64,000 nt of DNA. It comes from Planctomycetota bacterium (lineage in GTDB: Bacteria > Planctomycetota > MHYJ01 > JACQXL01 > JACQZI01). Location of the stretch: NCBI GenBank assembly GCA_016207825.1, contig JACQZI010000005.1, forward strand, positions 108,949 through 172,948, given 5' to 3'. The notes under the pieces are model-generated. The model made no database searches. It was not told the origin of the DNA and saw nothing but the letters and a program-made list of their open reading frames with translations. Positions 35,209 to 44,800 of the stretch are shown piece after piece; within the stretch, counting starts at the first letter, position 1, and each line of letters starts with the position of its first letter. Made by a program: the position numbers and the translations under genes.

Positions 35209-35490
35209 GCTAGCCAGTCACTTATAAATTGCGGGTAAAGCAATATTTTGGGGTAGGGGGTATAGGGGGCCAGGGGAATTCTAACGTTAAATTAAGATAC
35301 TGATTTTTAAATATTGCCGCCTAGGCACTAAGGCACAAAGGACGGCAGAGGGGGCTATTTGTTTTAAGGGTTCGGCATGGCGTCACCTGAACGCAGAAAA
35401 GTTATTGGCGAGGCATTTTGGAAAAATCATGTCCCGTAATCCGCTTAAACAGGTTGATAGGAGGCAAGGTGTGCGTCACCGGATAATCTC

Positions 35491-35745
35491 TTATTCCGTC
35501 TCTTCCTCCTGGGACAATTCATATAACGATCCTGACGCAATAAGTTTCCCCTGCTTAACAAGTTCATCCCAGACTTCCTGAGGGAATTGATCCGGAGGTC
35601 TGATGGCGACGATACCAGAAACTTTTCCGCCACTAAAGGCACCTCCCCCCAGACTACTTTCATCGTCTAAGCGCATTATTTTCAAACGTTTCCGAAACGC
35701 TTTCAGGGCTCTTTTAAGTACGACCTTATCAATGGGATCCGTCAT
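35491..35745 (-). CDS. hypothetical small protein (84 aa)
   Basis: GGAGG sits 6 nt before ATG 35743-35745; the track ATG at 35751 abuts the SD. Sequence MTDPIDKVVLKRALKAFRKRLKIMRLDDE...; no family recognised. Confidence 0.5.
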   Translation of the reverse strand: MTDPIDKVVLKRALKAFRKRLKIMRLDDESSLGGGAFSGGKVSGIVAIRPPDQFPQEVWDELVKQGKLIASGSLYELSQEEETE

Positions 35746-35798
35746 TTTCATCCTCCACGTAATTCCGGGGACACCTACTAATTCCTGATAATCAGTAT

Positions 35799-35910
35799 GC
35801 TGTCCCCTACAATAATATAATAGATATGGGCGTCCTCACAGAGGGCTGTCCCCTACAACAATATACCAGATTTGGGCGTCCTCACCGTGAAACGGTGAGG
35901 GCTGCCCCCC
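35799..35910. repeat. two 41-nt direct repeats (46-bp period) each ending in a hairpin, plus a partial third copy
   Basis: GCTGTCCCCTACAAYAATATA..AGATWTGGGCGTCCTCAC at 35799-35839 and 35845-35885. CCTCACCG-TGAA-CGGTGAGG at 35880-35899. GCTGCCCCCC restarts at 35901. Confidence 0.7.
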
Positions 35911-35929
35911 GAATTCCCATGGATGTGTT

Positions 35930-36949
35930 TTAAAGTCTCCATGGATATTGCGCTATCATTTGTTTTTTTCTAGTTACAATGGTTTCTTCCGCCCATTTAA
36001 TAGCATTTTCTATAACATTATTAAGACTATCAGTTGTATATTCAAATTCTTTCATAATCGTACTCGTATTTGAAATTCCCGCAGTCATAAAAGTGCTTTT
36101 TTGCCCTTGCTCTCTAAGGATAACTGTAATCCAATCATTATTTTTACAATCATCAAGTTCTCTAAGATGTCCAGACGGAGATGAATCTTCCACTATCACA
36201 AATCGGCTAACCGAACCTATCGTAATAGCTTTTTGCCTGATATCTTGATACAAACTATCTGGAATATCTTTAACAAGAATCGGAGTGTATCTTTTGCTTA
36301 ACGCTGCTGCTATTTCTCTTAACCGTTGTTCTCGTGAATAATCTCCAATAATAAGAATGGTTTCAGCCTTGCGTTGTTTTACAAAATCATCAATGCTTAC
36401 TTGGTACTTCTTGGTTTGTGAAATATCAGTAAGAGCAATAAGAATTTCGTCCTTAGCGCGTGTTATTGCTAATTCTGTAGTCCAAAAGTCTTTCTTCCTG
36501 TTGCCAAAAATCTCGCCTAATGCTATATATCGCTTCCAGTTAAGGGCTTCACAAGTAGTGTTAAATATTCGTATCCTTGCGTTTAAAGATTCTAAACTAA
36601 AAGGATATATATTTTTAAACTGCCCAGAATCAAGAATAATGGTCCCACTACCATAAGCAACTATCCCTCGACTTTTTATATTTCTAATTTGCTTTGTAGT
36701 TTTAAGAAATAAATCTTCTATTCGTGAGCTTCCTCTAACAATTTGGATATCGTTCTTGCCTGGCACGTACTCATACCCAATGCCAAAGTTTGTAGAGAGA
36801 TATCCAATAATATGGGATGGTTGAATAGCGAATGACCATAATTTTGTAACATACTCTTTAGGTAAAAATTTGTTTACGGTTTCTTCTAAAGTCTTATGGT
36901 ATGTCTCTAGATATTGTTTGAATTCTATTTCGCTTACATTTTGACTCAT
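35930..36949 (-). CDS. hypothetical protein (339 aa), AT-rich orphan
   Basis: Long ORF with much lower G+C (about 25-35% by eye) than its flanks. The C-terminal third has a beta-alpha-beta pattern (TILIIGDYSREQRLREIAAALSKRYTPILVKDIP...VSRFVIVEDSSPSGHLREL). No motif I can name confidently. Confidence 0.6.
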   Translation of the reverse strand: MSQNVSEIEFKQYLETYHKTLEETVNKFLPKEYVTKLWSFAIQPSHIIGYLSTNFGIGYEYVPGKNDIQIVRGSSRIEDLFLKTTKQIRNIKSRGIVAYGSGTIILDSGQFKNIYPFSLESLNARIRIFNTTCEALNWKRYIALGEIFGNRKKDFWTTELAITRAKDEILIALTDISQTKKYQVSIDDFVKQRKAETILIIGDYSREQRLREIAAALSKRYTPILVKDIPDSLYQDIRQKAITIGSVSRFVIVEDSSPSGHLRELDDCKNNDWITVILREQGQKSTFMTAGISNTSTIMKEFEYTTDSLNNVIENAIKWAEETIVTRKKQMIAQYPWRL

Positions 36950-37035
36950 AAAATCAATTTTAATTTTTGACCTCGCAGAACACCTACCAATTCTTGCTAG
37001 TATTTTCTCTGTGTTCTCTGTGGTTATATCACTGC

Positions 37036-39123
37036 TTACTGCTTCGGCTTAGCCAATAATTCATTAAACTCCGCCCTGAGCGGGGCGTAATCATCAGCCA
37101 GCTTCTTAATCAGCTCTTTATAACGCGGGTCGTCTTTCACCACCTTAAAGTGGTCGGAGATAAACCAGGCGTAACTGGGGCCGCCTGATGCGATTGCCTT
37201 TTCGAGCCATTCAATAGACTTTTCCTTTTCTCCCTGCAGGGCGTAAAGCGCCGCCATCTCCTGCATGATGCCCCATGATTCCCTCGCGGAAAAGCGCGCC
37301 ATTTCCCCTTGCGCTTCCTTGTATTTTCCTTGTCCGGTATAAATCCATGCCCTGACCTCGCTCGCGCTTAACGCCTGCGGGTCGAGCGCCGCCAGTTTGC
37401 CCAATACCTTTTCGGCGGAGGCGATATCACCCAGCCAGACATAATTCATGGCAATCTGGGTAAGCTCATCCACTCCGTGCGCCCGGCCTTCAGCCAGCTT
37501 ATTCGCGTTCAATCCCTCACTTATCCTGCCGGCGAAGAAGAGGTTAATCGCCCGGCGCATATAAAAATTATAGGTCGGGTCAATCCTGCCGATAAGTTCC
37601 AGGACTTCCAGCGCCGTCTCGAATTCGCCCATATAAAAGGCATAGCGCGCCATATAAATCAAAGACGGGACATATCTTCTATCAAGCTTAAAGCATTGGA
37701 TATATTCACGCGTCGCCTCCAGCCGCTTTCCTTTGGCTTCCAGCGTATAGGCAAGGGCGTGATGGGCTTCTATCAGGTTTTTATCCAGTTCCAGCGATTG
37801 CCGCGCGGTTTTCTCCGCTTTTTCCAGCCACGCGGTATCATTGGAAAAATTCCACCAGAAGTGCAGGGCATACGCATAAGCTAGCGAGGCGTGGGCGCGG
37901 GCGAATTTGGGGTCAAGCGTCACAGCCGTTTCCAGGCAGCTTATCGCGGAATTGTTGCTTTCCTTGGTCACCTCGCCGGAAAGATAGGCAACGCCTTTCA
38001 GGTAATTGTCATAAGCGGGGATATTTTCCGTCCCGTATTTGAAGATATCCTTGTTGTCCATAATCTGCAGGCGAAGGGCGTTTGCCACCTGGCGCGAGAC
38101 CTGGTCAAGGAGATTTAAGGTATCGGTATCCTTTCCCTGGTATGCCTGCACCACCGGGCGCTCCCTGCCATAGGCATCGATGATTTCCACATTCACCCGC
38201 AACTGCCCTTCGGAACGGATAAAGCTCCCGCTGATTATTTTGGAAACCTGAAGCTCCTCTTTTAAGGCTTCCGCTTTCCATTCCTTGCCTTTATACGGAA
38301 GCGTGGCGTTAAGCGGGCGGATGACGAGCGATTCAATCTTCAGGAGCTGGACATTCAGCTCGGAGGTAATGGCAATCGATAAATAATCGGATTCCTTGTC
38401 GTTATTCAGGTTGCGGAAGGGCATGACGGCAATGGCGTCATAGGGCTTGGTGAAAAGGAATACTTTTAATAAGACCGCGGCGATGATAAAGACAAGTATC
38501 AGAGGGATAACGACCGCCTGTTTCTTAAAGAGTTTTACGGTGCGCCTTGTAATCCTGCCTAAAAACGATAGCGGGCGGACTTCCGGCGACTGCGTCAATT
38601 CAAAGAGCTCCATCAGCTCGACATTGCCTTTAAGCTCGCGCTCGCCGATGGATTTGAAATCAAAGCGCTTGTCTATTTTAATCAGGTCACGCAGGGTGCG
38701 TGAGATGGTGATAATATCCGGACCGGCATTGGATTTTATCCGCTCGGCCATATTTACCGCGTCACCGAAGATATCATTGCCGCTTTCGGAAACCAGCCCG
38801 TAATGTATCCCGATACGAATGTGCAGGTCTTTATCTTCAGTTTGCGTTTGGCGGACTTGGGCAAGTTTCGCCTGCATGCTAAAGGCGGCTTTCAGGGCGT
38901 CGGTCGGGCGTTCAAAGACCGCCATAATGCTGTCTCCGATGGTTTTTACGACGCGGCCGTTGGCATGCTCGACTATCGGGAAAAGGTATTGGTTGTGCCG
39001 CTTTATCATTTCAAGGCCGGCCGTGTTGCCCTGCGAAGAGAAATATTTAGATGAACCGACGATGTCGGTAAAAAGGATGGTGCGCGCCCTGATGAACGCT
39101 GATGAGTGGCTGTCAATACCCAT
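37036..39123 (-). CDS. class III adenylate/guanylate cyclase with TM segment and C-terminal TPR repeats
   Basis: N-terminal cyclase domain (ILFTDIVGSSKYF, GDSIMAVF, IRIGIHYGLV, GDAVNMAERI), one TM (VVIPLILVFIIAAVLLKVFLF) and multiple TPR-like helices. Confidence 0.85.
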   Translation of the reverse strand: MGIDSHSSAFIRARTILFTDIVGSSKYFSSQGNTAGLEMIKRHNQYLFPIVEHANGRVVKTIGDSIMAVFERPTDALKAAFSMQAKLAQVRQTQTEDKDLHIRIGIHYGLVSESGNDIFGDAVNMAERIKSNAGPDIITISRTLRDLIKIDKRFDFKSIGERELKGNVELMELFELTQSPEVRPLSFLGRITRRTVKLFKKQAVVIPLILVFIIAAVLLKVFLFTKPYDAIAVMPFRNLNNDKESDYLSIAITSELNVQLLKIESLVIRPLNATLPYKGKEWKAEALKEELQVSKIISGSFIRSEGQLRVNVEIIDAYGRERPVVQAYQGKDTDTLNLLDQVSRQVANALRLQIMDNKDIFKYGTENIPAYDNYLKGVAYLSGEVTKESNNSAISCLETAVTLDPKFARAHASLAYAYALHFWWNFSNDTAWLEKAEKTARQSLELDKNLIEAHHALAYTLEAKGKRLEATREYIQCFKLDRRYVPSLIYMARYAFYMGEFETALEVLELIGRIDPTYNFYMRRAINLFFAGRISEGLNANKLAEGRAHGVDELTQIAMNYVWLGDIASAEKVLGKLAALDPQALSASEVRAWIYTGQGKYKEAQGEMARFSARESWGIMQEMAALYALQGEKEKSIEWLEKAIASGGPSYAWFISDHFKVVKDDPRYKELIKKLADDYAPLRAEFNELLAKPKQ

Positions 39124-39249
39124 ATATTAAAAAGTTATACAAAGCCTCAGCGTAAGGGTCAAATAAAATCTATCGCCACAAAGACACCAAGGAACAAAGA
39201 GCGATTTTATGACCGGAAGTGAAGGCAACACTCACTTTCAGCCCGGCAA

Positions 39250-40425
39250 TTATTTAGTGATAACCGCCTTAAGCGGTTTGGTGGCGCGCCTTAAGAACAA
39301 TACGGCAAAACAGGTATCAATCGGGTTAGACATCCAACTGCCGTTTTCCCCCTGTTCTTTAAGGAGATATTCCGCGCCTGTTGCATACCATTCGTTATTA
39401 CCGAATAATTCTGTGTTAGCCAGTATGCCGGCTCGCTCAAGCGCATAAAGGTAATAATAATGGTGCTTTTTAGTATCCAGATATTTGGCGTGCTCAGTAA
39501 CCGTGAAGTTTTTAGCCAGCCAGTCAACGGCTTTCGGGATGCATTTGTCTTTATCCTTGCTTTCCTTAAGGTAAAAATCATAGATACAAAGGCAACCTAA
39601 TCCTCCCGCCGTCATGGCGCCGTAAGCGGATTGGCCGGCTGAACCATCGGCCGCATAATGCCAGCCGCCGTCAGTCGTCTGGGAAGAGCGCCACCATTGC
39701 AGGGCTTTTTTAAGGATATCGTCCGGTATGATAATGCCGGATTGCATGCAGGCCCTTAAACCCAATGCCGCATACTGTGAATTGGAATTATCGCCGGCCG
39801 GAGGCCCTTTGCGTTTTTGTTTGATGGCAACTTTCTTTACACTATCGGCATAATCGCCGTCTTTGCCTTTCTTTTTAGGCGCCGGCTTTTTTTTCGAATC
39901 ATCCGGCGTGCCGGTAACTTGCGCTTTCGAGTCTTTTTCGGGCGGCTTCTCCAAAACCGTTTTTTCCCCATAGCTCCATTGCCCGTTAGCACATTGGTTA
40001 TCAATAAGGAATTGGGCGCAGTTCTTGATTTCATCCTGGTATTTCACCATATCAATTGCCTCTAATGTCATGGCCCGTAACGCGACATGATAGGTGAAAT
40101 CGAGCTCGTTTGACAGGACTTTTTCCAGGAGCTTGTCGATATCCGCCTCTTCGGCGCCAGCATGCACGATAGTATAAAGAATCAATTCTTCGGGACGGAA
40201 TTTGCGCGTCACTTTTTTGTAATCAGTAAGATCAAAAGTAATATTGGTGTTTTTAACCAGGAAAGCCACGCCTTTCCTGATGGCACCATCGACTTTTTGC
40301 TGGTCAATCTTTGGGCGTGCCTGCTCGTCTTTCTTTCCGGGAGGCTTACCCTGAGCGAATATGAAACCGGCTAATCCAAACAATGCAATAATGAAAAAAG
40401 CAAATGCTGTTTTGTTTTTTATCAT
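39250..40425 (-). CDS. secreted prenyltransferase/squalene-cyclase-repeat (alpha-alpha toroid) protein
   Basis: ATG 40423-40425 after AGGAGAT; the track start 40452 is a TTG. Signal peptide present. Repeats QCANGQWSYG, TTDGGWHY and QGENGSWMS. Confidence 0.65.
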   Translation of the reverse strand: MIKNKTAFAFFIIALFGLAGFIFAQGKPPGKKDEQARPKIDQQKVDGAIRKGVAFLVKNTNITFDLTDYKKVTRKFRPEELILYTIVHAGAEEADIDKLLEKVLSNELDFTYHVALRAMTLEAIDMVKYQDEIKNCAQFLIDNQCANGQWSYGEKTVLEKPPEKDSKAQVTGTPDDSKKKPAPKKKGKDGDYADSVKKVAIKQKRKGPPAGDNSNSQYAALGLRACMQSGIIIPDDILKKALQWWRSSQTTDGGWHYAADGSAGQSAYGAMTAGGLGCLCIYDFYLKESKDKDKCIPKAVDWLAKNFTVTEHAKYLDTKKHHYYYLYALERAGILANTELFGNNEWYATGAEYLLKEQGENGSWMSNPIDTCFAVLFLRRATKPLKAVITK

Positions 40426-40518
40426 ACCGATATCTCCTATGTAATATAACAATTGGCACTTAGGAATTATTCCTTCGCGCCAAAATAAGTTCAGTATATC
40501 ATTGCCGCTAAGGGCTTA

Positions 40519-41820
40519 TCACACCGGGATAGAAAGCCAGAGAATAAGCGCCGCATAGATTAAGGAGGAAAATACGCTTAAGCCAGCGGACACATTGCGC
40601 CCGCGGCGCATCAAAAGATAAATGCCGTAGGCAACCCCGATAACCATCAGGGCTATCTGGCAATACCAGACTCCCGGCTGCATCTTCCAGCCGCTCATTA
40701 TGGAGGAAATCCAATCCGTATTGCCGAAGAGATTCCAGTTCCAGCCGAACGGGTCATTCAGCGTGTAAAGCATTTCCTTTATATGGATGGAAAACTGCTT
40801 GATAATCAGTCCCAGATGGGTGAAAATCAGGACCGGAATGAATGCATGTATGCGGGAAGAAAAGCCGAATAACGATACGCTGAATGATTTCATAATCGTA
40901 ACGGCCAGGATAGCCATCACGAAAAGAGCGGAGATATGATATTGGTTAAAAGAGAAACGGGTTACCATGTATTCATTAACCCGTATCCCCAGCGCACTCG
41001 TATAAAAGGCGTGGAATAAAGTGAAAAGCAATAAGAGTATCACCAGAAAATTATAGGAGTGATTATCTGTATGAGCGCTTTTCAGGTCAGAAGCAGGCGC
41101 TCTTGCATTGATGGTGATATTATCATAAGGGCAGGCCTTCGGGCACTCCAGGCACAGCGTGCAGTGCATATTGGTATCCATGGTCGAAGGGAATTCGAAG
41201 ACCGGACAGCCCACGCCTTTCTCATTACCGTTCAGGCAATCCTTATTGGGGCATTTAGCGCAAACATCCTGGTTGATACTGCGCAGTTCAAACGGCGCGA
41301 AGAGCGCGTACAATCCGCTCATTATTCCAACCGGGCAGGCATAACGGCAGAAAGATTTGCGGTTAAATAGGAAGACGAATATAATCGCCAGCGCAACCAT
41401 GGCCAGCCCAATATAAGCGGTCATGCGCGGGTTCAGGGAAATCCCGATGCTGTATTCAAGGAAAACCATGACGCATAATAAGGTAACCGGCAGCCATAGT
41501 TTCCGCAGGAATGGCGGGATATCCGGCTTACTGCTTTCCAATCGCTTTTTGCCGCTTATCGCACCGAACCATCCGGCGATGGTATTCCACGGGCACACCG
41601 TACACCAGACCTTGCCGAAGATGATGGCGAAGATGCTTATTAAGGTGAGCCAGATAATGCCGGTGGCGACGGAGGCGATATTGCGGTATGTCCCGCCGAA
41701 AAGGCCGGCGTAGACAATCAGTCCGAACAAGAGGACGAACACGAGGCGGAGAATAAACAGCCACCACCTGGTTTTAGCCAGGTTTTTTATAATGCCCACA
41801 GTAAATAAATTATATTTCAT
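40519..41820 (-). CDS. polytopic 4Fe-4S ferredoxin-type membrane protein (NapH/polyferredoxin-like)
   Basis: VWCTVCPW, CRYACPVG, CAKCPNKDC and a classical CTLCLECPKACP cluster between TM helices. The start shares a base with the stop of the 1765-aa gene (TAATG at 41818-41822). Confidence 0.75.
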   Translation of the reverse strand: MKYNLFTVGIIKNLAKTRWWLFILRLVFVLLFGLIVYAGLFGGTYRNIASVATGIIWLTLISIFAIIFGKVWCTVCPWNTIAGWFGAISGKKRLESSKPDIPPFLRKLWLPVTLLCVMVFLEYSIGISLNPRMTAYIGLAMVALAIIFVFLFNRKSFCRYACPVGIMSGLYALFAPFELRSINQDVCAKCPNKDCLNGNEKGVGCPVFEFPSTMDTNMHCTLCLECPKACPYDNITINARAPASDLKSAHTDNHSYNFLVILLLLFTLFHAFYTSALGIRVNEYMVTRFSFNQYHISALFVMAILAVTIMKSFSVSLFGFSSRIHAFIPVLIFTHLGLIIKQFSIHIKEMLYTLNDPFGWNWNLFGNTDWISSIMSGWKMQPGVWYCQIALMVIGVAYGIYLLMRRGRNVSAGLSVFSSLIYAALILWLSIPV

Positions 41821-44800
41821 TACTTGCTAAATGCCACAACAAACCTAACAAACGCCCCCTTAAGCGAGTAGTCGTTATTAATGGTCAGGTCATCGGAGAA
41901 ATCGGTAAAGTTATAGCCGCCGCCGATATAAAAGCTGTCGGCAAGCTTATAAAGGACTTCGGCAAGGAATCCGCTTTTCGTGTCATCCGCCAGATATTGC
42001 CTCAAGGTGCGGTATTCCAAGCCGGCCGTCCACTTATCAAATATCTTATAATTGAAGCGCGTCAGGTGCAAGGTGGTCTTGCTATCCATCCACGGATAAT
42101 TGACAACCTTTTCCTCGCCCTCTTTCAACGCGTATTTTTCGATTACCTCAAGTTTCTTGGTGACGTCATACGCCAATTCAATCGAATAAATATTAAGGCG
42201 CTGGCGGGTGATTCTTATCGCGTTAAGCAAATCGGCCTGGCTTGCCGGGTAATCGTCGGTCAGGCGCGTGTATTTGGCAAGGATGTTCAGCCTGTCCCAG
42301 TTTACCGGACGGTAGCCGACGCCAAGCCCGTATTCGCGGTATAAAGCCTCGGTCGTTTCGGTTGCCTGGTTTAAGGTCTGCGCCCAGTTGAAACGCCCGT
42401 CAATATAAAGATTGCGCTCCATGTTCCACTTGAACGAATTAGATGTAAGATACTGGTTCCTGTCTCCGACCATGGTATTCTCATCGAATCTTACTTCCAG
42501 CCGCGTGGTTATAACTAACGGCTTGGAATAATAGCCAATCGCCGTGGAAGCGCTGTAACGCTCGGTTTCGCTGGTATCATAATTCTGCAACCGGCTCTTT
42601 TCGAAATTGCCGTTCCAGCGCCAGTAGACATTTATTTGCTTATCCACCCCGACGCGCTGGGAATTAGCCTCGCTTATCTCGGACTTTTTATATTCCTGCT
42701 GGGTGTACACCCGTGTGGATTCATCCGGCTTATAGGCAGTGCCCGTGGTGAATAGGGATTCCCTGCCTTCGGTTCTGGTCAATCCCTGGCGGTAATTCGT
42801 ATAAAGGCTCCATAGCTCGTTAAGTTTCGTTTCCACCCCAACGAGTTGCGCATTTCCGTCCGTCCCGCTGGTCGCTTCCACTCTGGCGGTAGAAACGATA
42901 TCCATGGTGTCCGGGTCAACGATGCTTGCCGCCGCGCCTAAAGTCGTCTGGTAATTCGAGTCTCCGTTCAGGGTTGCCTGCTGGCCGAGATACGTCCTGA
43001 AAACCCCGCCGTAGAACTTGCGCTCCACCCTCGCGGCAACTATATCCGTATCGCGGTTGGTTTCCCCTTGGATGGCGTTAAGCGGAATATGCGCTTCTTG
43101 GTGGCGGTATTCGCCGTTAAACGCCCATTGGTTATTGGGCGTGTAGTTGCCGTGTAAAGAAGCGGTTTCCGTCCGCTTGGCTCCGACCTGGAATCTGGTG
43201 GCAAGGTTTTCCGTATCAAGCTCCAATAATTCCTGCGCGTCGTATCTGGCGATGAGATTGAGTTTTCCTTCCAGCATGGAATTGGAAACCGACAAGCCGT
43301 ATTTCTCCGTCCCTTGCTGGTTAACGGTATCTGAGCTTATGAAATCAGGCTGGAGGCGCTTGTAATACGCGCTTATCGGCAGGCGGTCAATCTCGTTAAT
43401 CGTTGTCTTGATGCTGTAAGCCGCTCCTTTCGGTTGCACGGCGTTCGGGATGTTACTGAAACTTAATCCGCCGTCCGTTGACAGCGAATTGGGAATCGCG
43501 AAGGAAACCGATTCCGCGTATTCGATATCCAGCTTGTTCTTGGTGAATAGGGTCAAGGACGTATTCGCGCCCCTTAATTCATAATTCTCATCGAGCGTCT
43601 CTTCCCTGATATAAGTCCCTCCTAATTTCACCTGGAACTGTTCGCCGGGTATCGGGATTTGCCGGCTGGCTGAACCGCCATAACTGCCCCTAGTCCAGTG
43701 GCTCCGGTCCGGCTCGTATTCATAGTCTATTATAATGTAAGCCGGATTCCCGTTTAAGAGCCCTGTTGAGATAAGGCCGTTGGAAGATTCAACCGAGGCA
43801 ACCGGTTTGGTCAGGACTATCCGGCCGTTGGAATAATCTATCTCGTAATCATCGCCCTGCGACAATGGCGTATTGGATAAAGTCAGGTTGGTGATTTTAT
43901 CGCGCACTTCAATGCGGATTTGTTCCGAGCCCCGGACGACATTCCGGTTTTCCAGGTAATAAAATGTCCCGCCGGTCGCCTTGAATTCGTTATGGCCGCT
44001 TAACTGTTTAGCCTGCGCGCCGAACAGCGTTGCATTGGTCATCGTCTTTTGGTCATTGTTCGTTTTATTAACATATACCTTTGCCCCATAAAGAGTCCGA
44101 TTATAATTAAGCAACTCCGTTTTATTCAATCCCGTCTGGTAATTCCCGACCACCAGGTTACTGCCGCTGGGCAGGTGCTCTGCCAGAAGATAAACCGGCC
44201 CTTGCGTATTGGTCGCATCCCAAGATACTTTGGACGTATCGCCGTAAGTGAGATAATATTTATCCGGGTCGATATAACGGGACAAACTACGTTCATTCTC
44301 ACGGTTTGCGATTCTATCTGTATCAACGGATGAAGTAATGCGGTACTTCCCGTTAATGGTCGTCTTTAAATAACCGGCAACCCGGCCCTGGCCGTAAGCG
44401 CCGTCATTATACATATCATTATGCTTTACCGGATTAATATTGCCGCTCGTATTATTGTAGCCGGCAACGCCTTCTCCTAAGATGACCAAGTCTAAGGAGT
44501 CCGTAGAGTTTGTAGAATTCTTGGAGTTGACAGGGAAGTTCACTTTGCACAATAACCCTTCCGTAACTCTCACTACTTTTGAACTATTAAACCCTTGAAC
44601 TTTTAAACTTAAGAGGTGCGTTCCCGGCATCACCCCCGGCACGTGGTATTTCCCGTCCTTATCCGTGGTGATGATTGTCCCGTCTTCCATTATAATTTTC
44701 GCCTTGGCTATACCCTTTTCGCCTTCATCCTGGACGCCGTTGTTGTTGGCATCCTCAAAGACCTTTCCGATAATCGTCCCCAAATCGAATATCGGGTCGG

